Below, one piece after another: positions 43,726-47,901 of a stretch of 47,901 bases of DNA. The stretch comes from an uncultured Lachnospiraceae bacterium. GTDB lineage: Bacteria; Bacillota; Clostridia; Oscillospirales; CAG-272. Where the stretch lies: contig CAZERM010000004.1 in assembly GCA_964514555.1 (NCBI GenBank), forward strand, positions 1 through 47,901, given 5' to 3'. Every line of letters starts with the position of its first letter. The stretch's first letter is position 1. The translations under genes were made by a program, and so were the position numbers. The notes beneath the pieces are model-generated. The model searched no databases and had not been told where the DNA came from. It saw only the letters and a program-made list of their open reading frames with translations.

Positions 43726-44910
43726 CTACCTCCGAGCGGTTTCTATTTTTACCTCTTGCGCTATATCGAGTATACATTCGACATCCAAAGAAAGTTTGAG
43801 TTCGTTCTCGTTTTCTTCGAGGGTCATCCTGCGCGAGAGTATCTCTGCGCCGAAAAGCACGTCTTCGCTTTGCTTTTCGATATCGGAGAGGGCTTTTTCG
43901 TAAGCCTTGTCGCGAGAGAGCGTAACGGTCGCTTCCTCGTACTCCGTGTATGTTTCGGTAACTATGAATATCGGCAACTCGATAATGCCAAAGAGAAATA
44001 ATTTTCTTTCATTTACTATTGTATCATATTTTTCATAAGGAATGTTAATTTTTTTTGAAAGATTAAGCGTTTTTGAGAAAAATTTTATATTTTTTTGCTC
44101 TTTTTGCTCGCCCGTTGCCCTTTTTACGGTCTGAACGATGGGAATTTCGCTCTCAAACAACAGTCCGACCCTGCCAAAGACCTTGCCGCGCGCCCTTACA
44201 AGGCGATATCCGACAGCGTTTGAATCGATTATTCCCGATATCAAAAGTTCGCCCTTTTTCACTGTTTGCAAAGGTTTTCTTACGGATACGCCGCCGATGA
44301 CCTCTATGCGCTCTATCTGCGCGTCATATACGGAAACGAGGTTTGAGGGCGAAGTGTCTGTGTCTGTTTTGTCGTCATCCGTGCTTTCGTGTATCACGAC
44401 GGTTGCGACGGTGCCTTTCATGTTTATCGACATGAAAGAGATATCACCCTTTTCGAGTATTATCCTATCGCATATCCGCCGTGTATCGAGGCTCTTTGAA
44501 AAAGCGCCGAGGCGAAAGCCGTATGCATCGAGTCGCTCCAATATCTCACTTTCGGTGATGTTGACGTTGCCCGTAATATTTATATCCCAAACGAAAAGGG
44601 AGGAGAGCGAAACGGAAAGCGCGAAGATGAGCATACCGATGAACATCCCCAAGCGAAGCCTGTATCTCCCCAAAACGGCAAAAAAGCCGACTTCGCTCGC
44701 CCTTTCGCCGAAGATGAATTTTCCGCCGCATTTTGCGATATATGCGCGAAAACCTCTTTTCGTAAGACAGAGGGTATAGGAATCGTTTTTCTCTTTCGTC
44801 TTGCCGAACGGTATTCCGTTTGTGATAAGTACATTGAGCACGTTTTTAAGCTTATCGCACGGGACGTTGAGAAGATATGCGCCGAAGATAAATCGTGAAA
44901 GTTTGCTCAT
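43726..44910 (-). CDS. yqfD: Sporulation protein YqfD
   Basis: 394 aa with one central TM helix. It follows yqfC and precedes phoH, as in Bacillus and Clostridium sporulation loci. Confidence 0.8.
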   Translation of the reverse strand: MSKLSRFIFGAYLLNVPCDKLKNVLNVLITNGIPFGKTKEKNDSYTLCLTKRGFRAYIAKCGGKFIFGERASEVGFFAVLGRYRLRLGMFIGMLIFALSVSLSSLFVWDINITGNVNITESEILERLDAYGFRLGAFSKSLDTRRICDRIILEKGDISFMSINMKGTVATVVIHESTDDDKTDTDTSPSNLVSVYDAQIERIEVIGGVSVRKPLQTVKKGELLISGIIDSNAVGYRLVRARGKVFGRVGLLFESEIPIVQTVKRATGEQKEQKNIKFFSKTLNLSKKINIPYEKYDTIVNERKLFLFGIIELPIFIVTETYTEYEEATVTLSRDKAYEKALSDIEKQSEDVLFGAEILSRRMTLEENENELKLSLDVECILDIAQEVKIETARR

Positions 44911-44929
44911 TTGTCGCTCCTTTTTAAAG

Positions 44930-45208
44930 TTAAATAAATTCTATACAGCATATCTTGCCCGAAAGCAACAGTTTGCCGTCGCCCGAAAACGAGATCGAAA
45001 GCTTTTTGCCCCTTATTTTTACGTTGCAGGAGGCTGTTGCCACGGTGGCTTGCTCCTCGGAATATTCCTCTATACGCTTGCAACCGCCCAAAAGAAGCTC
45101 GTATCGGTCAACACATTCGATGGTCATCTTCGGCGCGATGCCCGATATCGCTTTTGCGACGAAAAAGCTTTTTTCTTTTTTGTCGGCGGTGTTTTTGTTG
45201 TTTTTCAT
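44930..45208 (-). CDS. yqfC: Sporulation protein YqfC (YabP/YqfC family)
   Basis: 92 aa counted from Met42 of the track ORF (GGGAGAA RBS). The pattern ..IECVDRYELLLGGCKRIEEYSE....IRGKKLSISFSGDGKLLLSGKICCIEF resembles the YabP/YqfC family. Confidence 0.75.
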   Translation of the reverse strand: MKNNKNTADKKEKSFFVAKAISGIAPKMTIECVDRYELLLGGCKRIEEYSEEQATVATASCNVKIRGKKLSISFSGDGKLLLSGKICCIEFI

Positions 45209-45278
45209 GTTTGTTTTCTCCCGTATGGATATAGAAAAAATATTTGGCATATCTATTTTTATGTAAAGGGGGCTTGGA

Positions 45279-46412
45279 ATGATGACAAAAAAAGAGCGTA
45301 TTTTAAGAGCGGCGATGATATTTATTTGCATATCGTGCGTTGCTTTTTCTCTTGCGGAGCCGCAGATATCATCAAAAGAAACGCTTTATGCGTTGTCGCT
45401 TTGCGCGGAGAGGATAGTGCCGAGCCTGTTTTTGTTTACGGTCGCTTCGAAATTGCTTATACAATGCGGCGGTGCGGGTATCTTTGCGCGTTTTTTCGGT
45501 GGTATTTTCGAAAAGCTTTTTCATGTATCGGGCGAGAGCGCCGCAGCTATGATATTGGGCATGATATCCGGATATCCCATGGGTGCCGTTGCACTTGCGG
45601 AGCTTGTGTCGAGCGGCAGAGCCGAAAAGAGCGAAGCGGAAAGCATTTTACCTTTTATAACAGCGGCTTCTCCCGGATTTTTGATAGGCAGCGTGGGAAG
45701 TGCGATGTTCGATTCCAAAGAGTATGGCGCATTGCTTTTGCTCTCGCAGGTAATATCGGGTTTTTTGCTGTTGTTTTTGACGCGCGGCTCTCGCCGTTTG
45801 ACAATTTCAAGGATGATGGGAGAGCAGGAGAGTTTTTCTCCGTTTTCGGCGCTGACCTCGGCGATAAAAGAGAGCGGTCAGGCGGTCATCACGGTATGCT
45901 CATTTGTAACATTTTTTTGCGTTTTTTCAAAGATGGCGAGCGTTCTTTTGCCGATATCGGGCGCTTTGGGCGCGATGATAAACGGAATATTCGAAATAAG
46001 CGGAGGATTTTTCGCTCTTTCTGAAAGCGGCGCAGGACTTATCGAAAGATATTTTTACGGTGGAGCCATGCTCGGTTTTTCGGGTGTGTCGGTGCTTATG
46101 CAGACGGCAAGCGTCGTTTGCGAGAGCGGCTTGAGCATGAAAACTTACCTCAAAGGAAAGGCGGCGCAAGCGATGACTTGCGGATGTATCTCTCTTGTTT
46201 TCGGCGTGCTTTACGAAAAGGGATTAACGACAGCGACGTTTGGCTTGTTCGGAAACGATGGCGCAAAATGGATGTGCCGCATTGAATTTGGCGTGATTTT
46301 CGTTTTGATTTTTGCCGTAACCGCCGTTTTTGCGGCTCTCGGAGCGAAAATATTAAGCTTTTTTTCAAAAAAACAAGAAAATTTTCAAAAAACTGTGGAA
46401 AAAAAGCGTTAG
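45279..46412 (+). CDS. ylbJ: YlbJ-like sporulation integral membrane protein (nucleoside-recognition/Gate domains)
   Basis: 377 aa, polytopic. Pattern VPSLFLFTV ... ILGMISGYPMGA ... typical of YlbJ. It is divergent from yqfCD. Confidence 0.75.
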   Translation: MMTKKERILRAAMIFICISCVAFSLAEPQISSKETLYALSLCAERIVPSLFLFTVASKLLIQCGGAGIFARFFGGIFEKLFHVSGESAAAMILGMISGYPMGAVALAELVSSGRAEKSEAESILPFITAASPGFLIGSVGSAMFDSKEYGALLLLSQVISGFLLLFLTRGSRRLTISRMMGEQESFSPFSALTSAIKESGQAVITVCSFVTFFCVFSKMASVLLPISGALGAMINGIFEISGGFFALSESGAGLIERYFYGGAMLGFSGVSVLMQTASVVCESGLSMKTYLKGKAAQAMTCGCISLVFGVLYEKGLTTATFGLFGNDGAKWMCRIEFGVIFVLIFAVTAVFAALGAKILSFFSKKQENFQKTVEKKR

Positions 46413-46499
46413 GTGATTTATACTATATATATAGAACTATAAAAGGGCGAGCTATGCCTTTTGGCTTTGACCCTTGTAAGAAATGACGGAGGAAATAAT

Positions 46500-46727
46500 A
46501 TGCCAAAGCGCCTTATAGACGATGATCTGGAGCACGTATGCGCGTTCTGCGAATATGGTACACCGCTTCCTGCCGATTTGGAAGGCAACGTTTTTGTTTT
46601 GTGCAAAAAGCTTGGGGCGGTCGTGCGCGATACGCACATTTGCCGCCGTTTCAGTTATGATCCGCTCAAGCGAGAGCCGGGCGGTACAAAGGTGCTTCCC
46701 AAAACGGAAGCGGAAAATAAAGAATAA
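46500..46727 (+). CDS. Small conserved-looking Cys-containing hypothetical protein
   Basis: ATG at Met14 of the track ORF with a GGAGGA RBS. 75 aa: CAFC ... C ... C pattern and a charged C-terminal tail. It lies 14 nt upstream of mutS2. Confidence 0.55.
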   Translation: MPKRLIDDDLEHVCAFCEYGTPLPADLEGNVFVLCKKLGAVVRDTHICRRFSYDPLKREPGGTKVLPKTEAENKE

Positions 46728-46741
46728 CTTTAAACTGCGAT

Positions 46742-47901
46742 ATGGAAAACATAAAAGAAAATACAAAATTTGCGGCTGCTGTCCGCACACTTGAATTTGA
46801 CAAGATACGCGAAAGGTTGGCGTATCATGCTCCCACGGAAGGCGCAAAGGCGTTGGCAAGAGAGCTTATGCCCGTAACGTCCGTTATGATGATAAAAAAG
46901 ATGCTTGCGGAGACGGACGCGGCGTATTCTTCGCTCGTTGCAAAGGGTATGCCTCCCTTTGGCGGTGTGAGCGATATAACGGACGCGGTAGACCGCGCGG
47001 AACGCGACGCTTCTTTGACGCTTTCTGAACTTTTGGCGATAGCGAGAGTGCTTTCCGCTACGCGCGCCCTAAAGGAATATAACAGCTTTGACCACAAGGA
47101 CGAAGTTACGGCGCTTGACGATCATTTTATTCGCCTTGTGCCCCAAAAACACCTTGAAGACGAGATAAACAAAGCGATAATCAGCCCCGAAGCGCTTGCA
47201 GATACCGCTTCGGACGAGCTTTACAATATCCGCCGCAAGATGCGCTCGGCAGAGAACCGCGTTCGCGAGAATTTGCAAAAATACGTTACGGGCGGAACAT
47301 ATTCAAAATATCTGCAAGATCAGATAATCACGATGCGAGACGGAAGATATGTTATCCCCGTCAAGCTCGAATACAGAAACGAGATAAAAGGTCTTGTCCA
47401 TGACACATCAGCTTCAGGCTCCACACTCTTTATAGAGCCGATGAATGTTGTAGAGGCGAACAACGAGCTTCGTATGCTCGAGGGAAAAGAAAAGGACGAG
47501 ATAGAGCGTATCATAATGATACTTTCCGCAAAAGTCGGCGCTGTTTCGGGTTGCATCAAAGCAAACTACGATATCATAACCGAGCTTGCGTTCATATTTG
47601 CAAAAGCGCAGCTCTCTTTCTCATACAACGGCATGAGCCCCAAGATAACGGAGGCAAGAGAGATAAACCTTATCTCCGCTCGCCATCCGCTCCTCAAAAA
47701 GGAGACTGTCGTTCCCACGACGGTGAGCCTTGGCAAAGATTTTGACACGCTCATCATCACCGGTCCCAACACGGGCGGTAAGACGGTAACGCTCAAAACG
47801 CTTGGCTTGTTCGCCCTCATGACTCAGGCGGGATTGCATATTCCCGCAAACGAAGGCTCTACCATGTGCATATTCGACGAGATACTCGCCGATATCGGCG
47901 A
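46742..47901 (+). CDS. mutS2: Endonuclease MutS2 (5' part; continues beyond the window)
   Basis: The frame is open from ATG 46742 to the window end; it is absent from the ORF track because no stop codon is reached. The N-terminus ..LEFDKIRERLA.. and Walker A GPNTGGKTVTLKT are typical of MutS2. Confidence 0.9.
   Translation, partial: MENIKENTKFAAAVRTLEFDKIRERLAYHAPTEGAKALARELMPVTSVMMIKKMLAETDAAYSSLVAKGMPPFGGVSDITDAVDRAERDASLTLSELLAIARVLSATRALKEYNSFDHKDEVTALDDHFIRLVPQKHLEDEINKAIISPEALADTASDELYNIRRKMRSAENRVRENLQKYVTGGTYSKYLQDQIITMRDGRYVIPVKLEYRNEIKGLVHDTSASGSTLFIEPMNVVEANNELRMLEGKEKDEIERIIMILSAKVGAVSGCIKANYDIITELAFIFAKAQLSFSYNGMSPKITEAREINLISARHPLLKKETVVPTTVSLGKDFDTLIITGPNTGGKTVTLKTLGLFALMTQAGLHIPANEGSTMCIFDEILADIG

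Noticed and set aside
45209-45278. Possible sigma-E-type sporulation promoter (ATATAG, 13-nt spacer, CATATCTA) in the yqfC/ylbJ divergent spacer.
   Set aside because: The match to my recollection of the Bacillus sigma-E consensus is partial. The spacer is very AT-rich, so similar matches arise easily. The mirror candidate for yqfC overlaps its RBS. This is too weak to report as a feature.
44801-46024. A 407-aa plus-strand ORF spanning the yqfD 5' end, yqfC, and the first two thirds of ylbJ in another frame.
   Set aside because: It crosses a divergent promoter region. It has an Arg/Cys/Phe-rich composition. It competes with three ORFs that have good RBSs and family-typical sequences.
1-47901. 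I scanned for CRISPR arrays, rRNA, intact tRNAs, tmRNA, RNase P and SRP RNA cores, integrases or transposases, reverse transcriptases, toxin-antitoxin pairs and known defence genes.
   Set aside because: I found none by eye. The only tRNA-like strings are the D-arm-like blocks inside the dispersed repeats, and these cannot be folded into a cloverleaf. A by-eye scan can miss short or divergent RNAs, so Infernal and tRNAscan-SE runs are still advisable.

Overview
This window reads as core chromosome from a moderate-GC, spore-forming Firmicute with Clostridia-like gene order. I call about 43 protein genes, nearly all housekeeping. They are, in order: a VanZ-like protein; def (minus strand); plsX-rnc-radical SAM-smc-ftsY; rdgB-yhbY-nadD-yqeK-LCP-rsfS-leuS; yceD-rpmF; DUF512-der-plsY; rpsT; proS-yfcE; radC (minus strand); a DUF3810 protein; a WalRK-like two-component operon followed by murA; a large GH28-like beta-helix protein; an M6-type metalloprotease lipoprotein; a minus-strand block recO-era-ybeY-phoH-yqfD-yqfC; a ylbJ-like gene; and the 5' part of mutS2. 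I found no rRNA, no intact tRNA, no CRISPR array, no transposase or integrase, and no recognisable defence island. Three things stand out. (1) Four diverged copies of an ORF-free intergenic repeat of about 135-400 bp, the best copies bounded by terminal inverted repeats, with a tRNA D-arm-like block; I cannot assign it to a named family. (2) A probable cobalamin riboswitch with its own terminator. It controls a two-gene surface module (a DUF4430 lipoprotein plus an anchored prenyltransferase-like alpha/alpha-toroid protein) that looks like a transcobalamin split into two polypeptides, with no transporter nearby. (3) The WalRK-like operon carries two YycH/YycI-like anchored proteins downstream and a possibly degenerate deacetylase-like secreted protein upstream. 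All family assignments come from motifs and synteny read by eye; no database search was possible. Gene starts were re-evaluated against RBS positions and differ from the ORF track in several cases.
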